From contig CANQVI010000002.1 of the NCBI GenBank assembly GCA_947627255.1, positions 47 to 64,046 on the forward strand: a stretch of 64,000 bases of DNA, written 5' to 3'. Below, in pieces: positions 46,415 to 55,649 of the stretch; positions within the stretch are counted from its first letter, which is position 1; every line of letters starts with the position of its first letter. A model generated the notes under the pieces. It ran no database searches. It had not been told where the DNA came from and was given only the letters and a program-made list of their open reading frames with translations. A program made the translations under genes and the position numbers. This DNA comes from an uncultured Clostridia bacterium (GTDB taxonomy: Bacteria > Bacillota > Clostridia > TANB77 > CAG-465).

Positions 46415-47359
46415 ATGAAAGATAAAAAGATATCTGTTGTAATACCTATGTATTATGAAGAAGAAGTAGCAAGAGAATGTTATACTAGAATGAAAAAAGT
46501 TTTAACTGATTTAAAAAATTATGAATATGAAATGATTTTTGTAAATGATGGTAGTAAAGATAAAACATTAGAAATATTAGAAGAAATAGCAAAAGAAGAT
46601 AAAAATGTAAAAGTTATATCTTTTGCTAGAAACTTCGGACATCAATGTGCTGTAACAGCAGGGTTAAAGTATGTTACAGGTGATGCAGTATGCATAATTG
46701 ATGCAGATTTACAAGATCCACCAGAATTAATAGGGGACATGCTAAAGAAGTGGGAAGAAGGATATGAAGTAATATATGGAAAAAGAAAGAAAAGAGATGG
46801 AGAATCTTTCTTTAAACTATTTACTGCTAAGATGTTTTATAAAACACTAAACTTTTTCTCTGAAGTAGATATTCCAAAAGATACAGGTGACTTTAGATTA
46901 GTAGACAGAAAAGTTGTTGATACTATAAATTCAATGCCTGAGCATAATAAATTTTTAAGAGGATTATTTAGCTGGGTTGGATATAAACAATATGCTTTTG
47001 AATATGAAAGAAAAGAAAGATTTGCAGGTAAGACAAAATATCCACTTAAGAAAATGTTAAAATTAGCTTCTGATGGAATAATAAGTTTTTCAACTAAACC
47101 ATTAAAAGTAATTGGATGTTTAGGAATTATTAGTATATTTCTATCATTCTGCATTTTAGTTTATGCTTTAGTAGCATATATATTTAAATTTAATGGACTT
47201 ACAGCTGGATGGACATCAATTATGGTATGTGTTACTTTCTTTTCTGGTGTACAACTTACATCATTATGGATTTTATCTGAATATATAGGTAGAATATATG
47301 ATGAAAGTAAAGCCAGACCACAATATATTATTGCAAAAACTATAAATATAGATGAATAA
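46415..47359 (+). CDS. GtrB/ArnC/CsbB-like GT2 polyprenyl-phosphate glycosyltransferase
   Basis: ISVVIPMYYEE, VNDGSKD, RNFGHQ, IDADLQDPPE, and two C-terminal TM helices. Confidence 0.88.
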   Translation: MKDKKISVVIPMYYEEEVARECYTRMKKVLTDLKNYEYEMIFVNDGSKDKTLEILEEIAKEDKNVKVISFARNFGHQCAVTAGLKYVTGDAVCIIDADLQDPPELIGDMLKKWEEGYEVIYGKRKKRDGESFFKLFTAKMFYKTLNFFSEVDIPKDTGDFRLVDRKVVDTINSMPEHNKFLRGLFSWVGYKQYAFEYERKERFAGKTKYPLKKMLKLASDGIISFSTKPLKVIGCLGIISIFLSFCILVYALVAYIFKFNGLTAGWTSIMVCVTFFSGVQLTSLWILSEYIGRIYDESKARPQYIIAKTINIDE

Positions 47360-47379
47360 TAAAAATTTGGGGTGTATAT

Positions 47380-48246
47380 ATGAAAAAAAGGGATTATTTA
47401 TTATATATTTTAATAGCAATTATATGCATATTAGTAATTTTAATTTTTGCAAAAGAAGTATTATCAATGAAAAGACTTAATCCAGTAGCAGCAAAAGTAG
47501 AAGAAAACAAAATTAATATAGATACAAATAATGTTAAAATAGAAGAATTATCAGATTACTCTGTAAGAGCTAATGTGCCAATTTTCATGTATCATTGGAT
47601 AAAAGATGATACAGGAGACTATGCTTATCCTGAAAATATGGTTAAGCCTGATGAATTGAAAAAGCAAATGGACTATTTACATGAAAATAACTATGATGTT
47701 ATATTTGTATCAGAACTAAATTCTTTACAACATTATGAAAAGCCAGTTATTTTAACTTTTGATGATGGTTGGGAAGATGTATATAGAATTGCTTTCCCTT
47801 ATGCTAAAGAGCTAAATATGAAGTTTTGTATGTATATTATAACTGATTTAGTTGGAACACCTGGATATTGTACTATAGAAGAACTAAAAGAAATGAAAGA
47901 GAGTGGACTTGTAGAGTTAGACTCACATACATTATCTCATCCATATCTAAATGAGTTATCTGCAGAAGAAGTAGAAAATGAACTTGTTGGTTCTAAGAAT
48001 TACTTAAAAGAAAATTTAGGTGTTGATTCTAAAGTAATTTGCTATCCATCAGGAAGGCAAAATGCTACAGTGCTTAATATAGTATCTGAAAACTATAATT
48101 ATGGACTTCTTATGGATGGAGGAGTTTTTAGGTATAATAGTGATTTTTCTAATTTATATTTAATACCAAGAATTTATGCAATGCGTAGTATGACTCTAGA
48201 TACTTTCATAAATTATTGTGAAACATCACTAGTAAATGTAATTTAA
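47380..48246 (+). CDS. Membrane-anchored polysaccharide deacetylase (CE4 / NodB homology domain)
   Basis: N-terminal TM. LTFDDGWEDVY (the TFDD motif), DSHTLSHPYL (HxxxH), and a YPSGR motif. Confidence 0.85.
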   Translation: MKKRDYLLYILIAIICILVILIFAKEVLSMKRLNPVAAKVEENKINIDTNNVKIEELSDYSVRANVPIFMYHWIKDDTGDYAYPENMVKPDELKKQMDYLHENNYDVIFVSELNSLQHYEKPVILTFDDGWEDVYRIAFPYAKELNMKFCMYIITDLVGTPGYCTIEELKEMKESGLVELDSHTLSHPYLNELSAEEVENELVGSKNYLKENLGVDSKVICYPSGRQNATVLNIVSENYNYGLLMDGGVFRYNSDFSNLYLIPRIYAMRSMTLDTFINYCETSLVNVI

Positions 48247-48257
48247 AGGAGAAAAGA

Positions 48258-49151
48258 ATGAAATTTGCAGTTATAGTACTTAATTATAATGACCATGAAA
48301 ATACAATTAAATACATAAATGTGATAAAAAATTATAATATCATAGATAAAATAGTAATTGTAGATAATAATTCCACATTTAAAGATGAAGTTAAAATTCT
48401 AAAAGAGTTAGAAGATGATAAAGTAGAAGTCATTTCTTCAGATAAGAATGGTGGATATGCGTATGGTAATAATATAGGGCTAAAATACTTAGAAAAAATA
48501 GATAATTATGATTATGTTGCAATATCTAATCCAGATGTTTTTGTTGATGAAGATACAATAAAAAAATGTATAGAGCATCTTGAAAATAGCAAAAAGGTTG
48601 CAATTGTTGCACCTAGAATGTGGTTTACTAGTGGCCCTGCTAGAAGGGCTGCATGGAAAAAGAGAACTCCAATTATTGATATTGCAAATTCAACTAGACT
48701 TACTGAATTAGTATTATTTCCTTTTTTTAAGAAGGGCGAATATACAAAAAAAGACTATGAAAATGAAGTATTAAAGGTTGACTGTACAGCTGGTTCATTT
48801 TTTATTGCAAAATATGATTCTCTAAAGAAAATAGACTTTTTAGATGAAAATACTTTTCTATTTTATGAAGAAGATATTTTAGGTAGTATGTTAAAAAAAG
48901 CAGGACTTGAAATACATTTACTACCACAACTTAAATTTATGCATTATGATAGTCAGACAATTGGAAAATTGATGAACATGTTTAAAAAAATAGACATTTT
49001 ATTTGATAGTAAAATATATTATCAAAAAAATTATAATAACGCTAACATATTTGTTATAATTATATTGTATATATTAAAATATTGGAGAAAAGTAGAACTT
49101 ATATTTGAAATTCCAATTAGAAAAATATATCAAAAAATTAAAAAAGTATAG
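48258..49151 (+). CDS. GT2 glycosyltransferase (WbbL/rhamnosyltransferase-like)
   Basis: [40 protein letters not shown]. Confidence 0.7.
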   Translation: MKFAVIVLNYNDHENTIKYINVIKNYNIIDKIVIVDNNSTFKDEVKILKELEDDKVEVISSDKNGGYAYGNNIGLKYLEKIDNYDYVAISNPDVFVDEDTIKKCIEHLENSKKVAIVAPRMWFTSGPARRAAWKKRTPIIDIANSTRLTELVLFPFFKKGEYTKKDYENEVLKVDCTAGSFFIAKYDSLKKIDFLDENTFLFYEEDILGSMLKKAGLEIHLLPQLKFMHYDSQTIGKLMNMFKKIDILFDSKIYYQKNYNNANIFVIIILYILKYWRKVELIFEIPIRKIYQKIKKV

Positions 49152-49164
49152 AGGAGAGAAGAAA

Positions 49165-50169
49165 ATGGGAAAAATTTTAGTAACAGGTGGAGCTGGATAT
49201 ATTGGTACACATACTAGTGTTGAACTACTAAATGCTGGTAAAGATATTGTTGTATTAGATAATTTTTCAAACAGTAACCCACAAGCATTAGAAAATGTAA
49301 AAAAGATTACAGGCAAAGATTTTAAATTTTATGAAGGAAATATGATAGATAAAAATATTCTAGAAAAAATATTTTCTGAAAATGAAATAGACGCTGTTAT
49401 AGATTTTGCAGCATATAAAGCAGTAGGTGAATCTGTACAAAAACCAGTTGAATACTATACTAATAACGTTTCAACAGTGCTTGTATTACTTGACGAAATG
49501 AAAAAACATAATGTAAAAACTTTAGTTTTTTCATCTTCTGCAACTGTATATGGAGATCCAGAAGTTATTCCAATAACAGAAGAATGTAAAGTTGGAGGTA
49601 CTACTAATCCTTATGGTACATCAAAATTAATGGTAGAACAAATATTACAAGATTTATATAAATCAGACAATGATTGGAATATTGCAATACTTAGATATTT
49701 TAATCCAGTAGGAGCTCATGAAAGTGGTCTTATTGGTGAAGATCCAAAAGGTGTACCTGCAAATCTAATGCCATATATTTCTAAAGTAGCAGCAGGAAAA
49801 TTAAAAGAATTATCTGTATTTGGAAATGATTATGACACAAAAGATGGAACAGGTGTAAGAGACTATATCCATGTAGTAGATTTAGCTGTTGGACATTTAA
49901 AAGCATTAGAAAAATTAAATGCAGATAAAAGAGGAATGCATATATATAATCTTGGAACTGGTACTGGATACAGTGTTCTTGATATGGTTAAAGCATTTGA
50001 AACAGCAAATAATATAAAAATACCATATAAAATAGCACCAAGAAGACCAGGAGATATTGCAACATGTTATTCTGATCCTAAAAAAGCTAAAGAAGAATTA
50101 GGATTTGAAACTAAGAAAAGTTTAGAAGATATGTGTAGAGATAGCTGGAATTTTGAAAGCAATCATTAG
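49165..50169 (+). CDS. galE: UDP-glucose 4-epimerase
   Basis: [50 protein letters not shown]. The ATG at 49165 follows GAGGAGAG; the upstream ORF-track extension overlaps the previous gene. Confidence 0.93.
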   Translation: MGKILVTGGAGYIGTHTSVELLNAGKDIVVLDNFSNSNPQALENVKKITGKDFKFYEGNMIDKNILEKIFSENEIDAVIDFAAYKAVGESVQKPVEYYTNNVSTVLVLLDEMKKHNVKTLVFSSSATVYGDPEVIPITEECKVGGTTNPYGTSKLMVEQILQDLYKSDNDWNIAILRYFNPVGAHESGLIGEDPKGVPANLMPYISKVAAGKLKELSVFGNDYDTKDGTGVRDYIHVVDLAVGHLKALEKLNADKRGMHIYNLGTGTGYSVLDMVKAFETANNIKIPYKIAPRRPGDIATCYSDPKKAKEELGFETKKSLEDMCRDSWNFESNH

Positions 50170-50200
50170 AATGTAACATAAATGTTATGTAAAATATGTA

Positions 50201-50232
50201 AATAAAGTCAATTTCGTTGACTTTATTTTTTT
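50201..50232 (+). terminator. Rho-independent terminator ending the glycan locus
   Basis: AATAAAGTCAA-tttcg-TTGACTTTATT followed by a T-run. Confidence 0.85.
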
Positions 50233-50245
50233 TATATTATATAAT
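50217..50245 (+). promoter_or_regulatory. Sigma-A promoter whose -35 box is the descending arm of the galE terminator
   Basis: TTGACT (50217-50222), 17 nt, TATAAT (50240-50245). Confidence 0.55.
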
Positions 50246-50278
50246 TTTATTATAAGGGTTGTATAGGAGGAGAGATAT

Positions 50279-50410
50279 ATGACAGTAGATGAAATAGAAG
50301 CACAATTCAATGCTTTACAAAGTGAAGTAAAGGAAATAAAAGAGGAAATAGAGTCAGACGCTCATTTGGACTTTATTAATTCTTTAAAACAATATGTTAA
50401 TAAATATTAA
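50279..50410 (+). CDS. Small acidic helical protein, 43 aa, below the ORF-track cut-off
   Basis: TAGGAGGAGAG RBS. Sequence: MTVDEIEAQFNALQSEVKEIKEEIESDAHLDFINSLKQYVNKY. It ends 22 nt before the next gene. Confidence 0.5.
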   Translation: MTVDEIEAQFNALQSEVKEIKEEIESDAHLDFINSLKQYVNKY

Positions 50411-50432
50411 TATAGTATAGGGAGGTAGAAAA

Positions 50433-52430
50433 ATGGCAGAGGGCGAAAAAAGAAATTTAGAAAATGTTGCTGATATTGAAAAAGAGTATAGTGAAGTAAG
50501 CGGTGGTGTAGCAGGACAAGATGAAAATAAATACTATCATAATGCAAATAATGTAGAAGAAAAAAGTGAGAATGGTAAACCTGAAATTAACATTAAAGGT
50601 GTACTACAAAATGCAGAGGAGCAAATATTTTCTGAATTTATTAGTGCTAATAGCGATATAGAAGCTAAAAGTAAAAGTGAACTTACAGGGGACGCTTTAG
50701 CAAAATATGAAGAATTCTTAAAAAGTGAAAGAGTTGGAGAAATATACTCTGAGACTGATGAGAAGATAAAAGGTATAAATAAAAGCAGAAACTACAACTT
50801 AAAAGACTTAGGAGAAAGAATAGATGAACTAAGAACTGCTGTAGATCAAAAATTAGAAAGTACTAATAAGGATATTGAAGAAATAGAAAAAAGCACACAA
50901 GAAGAAATAGCAAGGTTAAAAGCTGAGAAAGAAAAGGAAATTAGTGCAAAAGAAGCTGAAATTAATGCATTAGATTCAAATGATCCAGAATATTCTGAAA
51001 AACTTGCGCAATTAAATAAAGAAAAAGCTACTCTTAGTAATGAGCTTTCAGAATTAAGTAAAGATATAGCAGAAAATAGCGAATATAAAAAATTGCTTGA
51101 TGGAAATTCAAAATATGTTGATTTACTAAAAGATAAAGAAAAATTACAAGAAATTAGAAAAAATATAGGACCATCTAGAGAAGAACGTCAAACATTAGCA
51201 GAGCAAGAAGGAAAAAAAGAATCTGAGGTAGATTATGGACTTTCTAAAGATTTAAGAAAATCTTTAAGTAACCAAAAAGACCTTAGAGAAAAAGCACAAG
51301 AAAAAGCTAAAGAGATTTTTGGTGAAGATAGAGTAAAAGATGATTTTGGAATTAATCAAGAAGAAAAAGATAAAAAAGATAAAGATAAAGAGGGAGAAAA
51401 TTTAGAAGAAAATGCCCCTGAACAAGAACAGCAAGGACAGACTAAAGCACAAGCTGGTCAAATAGATCCAAAAACTCTAGCTGCCATTCAACAAGCTATG
51501 AAAAATGCAGGAGTGACACCACAACAAGCAGGAGCAAATGTGGTAGGAGAACAAGTAGCAGGTGAACAAGTCGAAGCTCCCGAACCTACAGGTATGGATT
51601 ATCTTTCTTCACTTGGATATAATGGTGGAGATGTATTAAATGCTAAAAGTTCTATAGCTTTACTTAGTGCATTTGTAAGTGTTGGAGATAAAAATAAAAT
51701 TGCTATATTAAGTGATGATCAAGCTAAATCTGTAATTTTTGAAGCTATGAAACAAGCTAATAGCAGAAAAACACCATTAACAGCTATTAAGTTTAATAAA
51801 ACAAGACGTGAACTTATTAAAATGGCAAATGGACCTATGATGAGAAAAGCTCTTGAAAGTGTTGGTAAGGATGTAGATTATAATAATCTTGAAGATGTAA
51901 ATAAACAATTTAATAATGTAATGAGAGATTATGACTATATTAGACAACAAAAAGAAAATGAAATTGCTAAATTACCTGATGGCGAAGAAAAAGATAGATT
52001 ACAAGCTGAACTTGCTGAATATGATAAAAAATATAGCGCTATGAAAGGTGTAAAAGATTTTAGAAATATAACTAATAAAGATTTAGCAAGATTTAGAGAT
52101 AAAGTTGTTGATAAAGTATCAAGTATTTTTGATAGAAATAAAGTTGATAGGTTAAATCCTCCTTCTGCTAAAGAAATGGAAGCACAAGATTCAAGAAATA
52201 ATATGTATAATAGAACTAGAACTGTAATTGAACAAAATAAAGAGAAAAATGAATTCCAAGCGAGAAATCAATCTGCAGTAAATTCTCCTGAGGTAGCTGA
52301 TGAGTCAGAAAAGCAAAGAGCAGAGGCGGAGAAAATAGAAGAAAAGCAAAAAATTCAACAAGCTGATGAAATAGCAAAGAAAGGAGCAGCTCAGCGTGTT
52401 GCAAATGAACAAAAAGAAGTAGGAGAATAA
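50433..52430 (+). CDS. 665-aa E/K-rich, coiled-coil-prone hypothetical protein with no signal peptide or TM segment
   Basis: GGGAGG RBS. Long charged helical stretches (EEIARLKAEKEKEISAKEAEINAL...). A Q/G/E low-complexity linker (GEQVAGEQVEAPEP). One less biased region at aa ~385-590. Confidence 0.7.
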   Translation: MAEGEKRNLENVADIEKEYSEVSGGVAGQDENKYYHNANNVEEKSENGKPEINIKGVLQNAEEQIFSEFISANSDIEAKSKSELTGDALAKYEEFLKSERVGEIYSETDEKIKGINKSRNYNLKDLGERIDELRTAVDQKLESTNKDIEEIEKSTQEEIARLKAEKEKEISAKEAEINALDSNDPEYSEKLAQLNKEKATLSNELSELSKDIAENSEYKKLLDGNSKYVDLLKDKEKLQEIRKNIGPSREERQTLAEQEGKKESEVDYGLSKDLRKSLSNQKDLREKAQEKAKEIFGEDRVKDDFGINQEEKDKKDKDKEGENLEENAPEQEQQGQTKAQAGQIDPKTLAAIQQAMKNAGVTPQQAGANVVGEQVAGEQVEAPEPTGMDYLSSLGYNGGDVLNAKSSIALLSAFVSVGDKNKIAILSDDQAKSVIFEAMKQANSRKTPLTAIKFNKTRRELIKMANGPMMRKALESVGKDVDYNNLEDVNKQFNNVMRDYDYIRQQKENEIAKLPDGEEKDRLQAELAEYDKKYSAMKGVKDFRNITNKDLARFRDKVVDKVSSIFDRNKVDRLNPPSAKEMEAQDSRNNMYNRTRTVIEQNKEKNEFQARNQSAVNSPEVADESEKQRAEAEKIEEKQKIQQADEIAKKGAAQRVANEQKEVGE

Positions 52431-52437
52431 TAAAAAC

Positions 52438-52470
52438 AAAAGTACATACTAGATGTATGTACTTTTTATA
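52438..52470 (+). terminator. Rho-independent terminator
   Basis: AAAGTACATAC-tagat-GTATGTACTTT followed by TTAT. Confidence 0.8.
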
Positions 52471-52505
52471 TAATTTTGTGATACAATATAAGCGAGGGAT
52501 GTAAT

Positions 52506-53243
52506 ATGAATAAAACAGCTATAATAACAGGTGCTGCCAAAGGAATAGGAAGTGCAATAGCAAAAGATTTTGCATATGCTGGATATAATGTATGTATAAA
52601 TTATAATACATCAGAAGAAGCAGCAAAAAAACTATGTGAGCAACTTGCTAAAGACGGATGTAGTGTTATAATATATAAAGCTGATGTTACTAATAGAGAA
52701 GAAGTAGATAAGATGGTAGACTATGTTATCGGCACTTTTGGAAAAGTAGATGTATTAGTAAATAATGCTGGAATAAGTGAATATAAACTATTTATAGATG
52801 TAGATCAAGAAGAAATGCAAAAGATGTTAAATGTTAATATATTAGGTGTCTTTAATACAACACAGTCTGTACTGAAAAAATCTATGATTTCAAGAAAAGA
52901 TGGAACAATCATAAATATATCTTCAATTTGGGGAATGGTTGGAGCATCATTAGAAGTAGCTTATTCTACAACAAAAGCTGCGATAATTGGCATGAGTAAA
53001 GCTTTAGCTAAAGAATTAGCTCCATCAAATATTACAGTAAATGTTGTGGCACCAGGTGCTATATCCACAGATATGCTAGGAGCTTTATCTAAAGATGATT
53101 TAGATGTTTTAAAAGAGGAAATACCTCTTGGAAAAATTGGCACTGTAGAAGATGTTGCAGCAGCAGTTAAATTTTTAGCTTCATATGAAGCAAGATATAT
53201 AACAGGTCAAGTAATAAGTCCAAATGGTGGATTAGTTATATAA
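52506..53243 (+). CDS. SDR family oxidoreductase, 3-oxoacyl-ACP reductase (FabG)-like
   Basis: TGAAKGIGSAIA, NNAG, catalytic S...YSTTKAA, PGAIST. Confidence 0.8.
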   Translation: MNKTAIITGAAKGIGSAIAKDFAYAGYNVCINYNTSEEAAKKLCEQLAKDGCSVIIYKADVTNREEVDKMVDYVIGTFGKVDVLVNNAGISEYKLFIDVDQEEMQKMLNVNILGVFNTTQSVLKKSMISRKDGTIINISSIWGMVGASLEVAYSTTKAAIIGMSKALAKELAPSNITVNVVAPGAISTDMLGALSKDDLDVLKEEIPLGKIGTVEDVAAAVKFLASYEARYITGQVISPNGGLVI

Positions 53244-53274
53244 AAAGCAAGGAGATATGCTCTCCTTGCTTTAA
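53242..53274. terminator. Bidirectional terminator shared by convergent genes
   Basis: AAAGCAAGGAGA-tatgc-TCTCCTTGCTTT with flanking A and T runs. Confidence 0.8.
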
Positions 53275-53498
53275 TTATTATTAGAATTATTATTCATTTT
53301 TTCCCATTCTTTTAATTTTATTTTATATTCTAATAATTGTGTTAAGTACCTATAATACATATATTGTTGCTCATAATATATCATAGGATTAGCTAAATTA
53401 TCTAAACCATTAAGTGTTGGATCCATTTGATTATTTTGTTGTATAGGAGACTGCATATTAAAATTATACGGATCGAAAAATGGCTGATTTTTATCCAT
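53271..53498 (-). CDS. Small Q/N/Y-rich hypothetical protein (75 aa)
   Basis: AAAGGAGGTGATTAA-ATG RBS on the - strand. Composition: QQNNQMDP, YYEQQYMYYRY, C-terminal NNNSNNN. Confidence 0.6.
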   Translation of the reverse strand: MDKNQPFFDPYNFNMQSPIQQNNQMDPTLNGLDNLANPMIYYEQQYMYYRYLTQLLEYKIKLKEWEKMNNNSNNN

Positions 53499-53611
53499 TT
53501 AATCACCTCCTTTAAATTTATGAATAAAATATAAATTAATGTATATAATATTAGTGTAGACTTAAAGTTTACCCCCCTTCTTTAATTTATATAAGTAACT
53601 TAAAAATATTG

Positions 53612-54676
53612 TTATTTTTGAGTTACTTTTTTTATTGCATATATTATTAAAAATAATAAACATGCAAATATAATAAAGTATGAGGAAGAATTATATTTTT
53701 TAAGTGATAATACATTTTCACTAATAGTAATATTATTTTTTACATTTAAAATAATAAAGGTAATGATAAAGGATAGAATACCTTGTAAAAATTTAAATTT
53801 AATTATATGAAATACTTTTATTTTACTTTTATAAATAAAAGAATATATTTGAAAAATAATTGAAAGTCCACTAAATCCTAAAGCAAAAGATATAAATGAG
53901 AGCAATATATTAAAATTAAAAGTAGAATTTAAATATAAAAGTCTACACCCATCTGTTACTTCAAACATACAGGAGAGTATATAAATTATATTTTTTGAAA
54001 TATTAAACTTTAATAATATTTTTTCTATTATTTTAAATATCATGTTAAAAATTGCAATAAAAGCAAAAATATTTCCAATTACTAAAAAAGAATTTTTAAT
54101 TGAATCATCTACTATTTCAAATATACTCTTATGTAACTTTTTGATACAATTATTGCTAAAACTATTTGATTTTTCTATATTTTTGTGTATAATATTATGT
54201 GTAAAATATATGATACCAATTAATATTGAACTTAGATAATGACTTATACATAGAATAATTCCAATATTTATATTTTTAAAAACACATACACCGATGGTAG
54301 ATAAAATAAATATTGGATTACAATTATTAGTAAAAGACATAAGAAAATCCACTTGTTTTTTGCTTAAAAAGCCTTCTTGATAATATTTATATGAAATTTT
54401 AGCTGCCATAGGGTAGCCACATAGAAAGCCTATTATTATTACACTGATTAGGTAGCTATTTTTCTTAAAAATACTTGTAATATTAGTTATTAATTCACTA
54501 TTTATTATAATATTTGTAAATATAATGAAAGGAAATAAAGAAGGCAAAACTGATTCTAAAAAGATTTTTATTGTATTACTTATAGTCTTAATATTAGTTT
54601 CTTGAAAAGCAAATAAAAATATAAGACCAAATATAAGTATTACAAAGTTAATTGTTCTTTTACTTATTTTAATCAT
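53612..54676 (-). CDS. ylbJ: Sporulation integral membrane protein YlbJ-like (nucleoside-recognition/gate-domain family)
   Basis: 354 aa, polytopic. ESVLPSLFPFIIFTNII and GFLCGYPMAAKI motifs typical of YlbJ. Confidence 0.65.
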   Translation of the reverse strand: MIKISKRTINFVILIFGLIFLFAFQETNIKTISNTIKIFLESVLPSLFPFIIFTNIIINSELITNITSIFKKNSYLISVIIIGFLCGYPMAAKISYKYYQEGFLSKKQVDFLMSFTNNCNPIFILSTIGVCVFKNINIGIILCISHYLSSILIGIIYFTHNIIHKNIEKSNSFSNNCIKKLHKSIFEIVDDSIKNSFLVIGNIFAFIAIFNMIFKIIEKILLKFNISKNIIYILSCMFEVTDGCRLLYLNSTFNFNILLSFISFALGFSGLSIIFQIYSFIYKSKIKVFHIIKFKFLQGILSFIITFIILNVKNNITISENVLSLKKYNSSSYFIIFACLLFLIIYAIKKVTQK

Positions 54677-54706
54677 AATAAATACTATGAAAAAGGAGAA
54701 AAGATT

Positions 54707-55576
54707 ATGCGTTATAGTAAAGATTTAACTGAATATGAATTACTAGATATGGCAGATGGCGAAAAACTAGAAAGATGGGGAAAATATATATTAATTAGAC
54801 CAGACCCTCAAATTATTTGGAAAGATAAATCTAATGAAGAATTATGGAAAAAGGCACATGCAAGATATATCCGTAGCTCTACAGGTGGCGGACATTGGGA
54901 AAAATTAAAAAAAATGGATGATAGCTGGGCTATAAAATATAAAGATTTAACTTTTAATTTAAAACCTATGGGTTTTAAACATACAGGACTTTTTCCAGAG
55001 CAGAGCGTAAATTGGGATTATATGATAGAAAAAATATCTCAAAGAACTAATAATAATTTAAAAACAAAAGTCTTAAACTTGTTTGCCTATACTGGTGGTG
55101 CAACTGTTGCTTGTGCATATGCTGGAGCAAGTGTATGCCATGTAGATTCATCACAAGGTATGACAAATTGGGCTAAAGAAAACTTAGCTTCAAGTGGGCT
55201 TAAAGATAAACCTGTTAGATTTTTAGTAGATGATGTTGTAAAATTTGTAAAAAGAGAAATTAGACGTGGCAATAAATATGATGCTATAATTATGGACCCA
55301 CCATCATATGGAAGAGGAAAAAATGGTGAAGTATGGAGCATCGAAAAAAATTTATATGAATTAGTTGAGTTGTGTTCTAATTTATTATCTGATAATCCTT
55401 TATTTATGATAATTAATACATATACAGGTGGATTATCTGGTACAATTATTTCAAATGTTGTAAAACATGCTATAAAAGATAAAGAAATTAAAGTTTCATT
55501 TGATGAGATAGGATTAAAGCAAAAAGACTCAGAAGAATTTTTACCATGTGGAATAACTACAATTTGTGAATTTTAG
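54707..55576 (+). CDS. Class I SAM-dependent (rRNA-type, COG1092-like) methyltransferase
   Basis: VLNLFAYTGGATVACAYAGA (motif I), VDSS, IIMDPPSYGRG (motif IV). Confidence 0.7.
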   Translation: MRYSKDLTEYELLDMADGEKLERWGKYILIRPDPQIIWKDKSNEELWKKAHARYIRSSTGGGHWEKLKKMDDSWAIKYKDLTFNLKPMGFKHTGLFPEQSVNWDYMIEKISQRTNNNLKTKVLNLFAYTGGATVACAYAGASVCHVDSSQGMTNWAKENLASSGLKDKPVRFLVDDVVKFVKREIRRGNKYDAIIMDPPSYGRGKNGEVWSIEKNLYELVELCSNLLSDNPLFMIINTYTGGLSGTIISNVVKHAIKDKEIKVSFDEIGLKQKDSEEFLPCGITTICEF

Positions 55577-55649
55577 TTTAAATATATATATTTACAAATT
55601 AGTAAAATTATTATATAATATATATTATAGTTTTGAAGGGGGAAATAAA

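Noticed and set aside
53499-53560. Sigma-K-like -10 box (CATAAATTTA) upstream of the 75-aa gene
   Set aside because: It sits directly against the RBS, which would leave almost no leader, and the spacing to any -35 AC is off. It is not supportable by eye.
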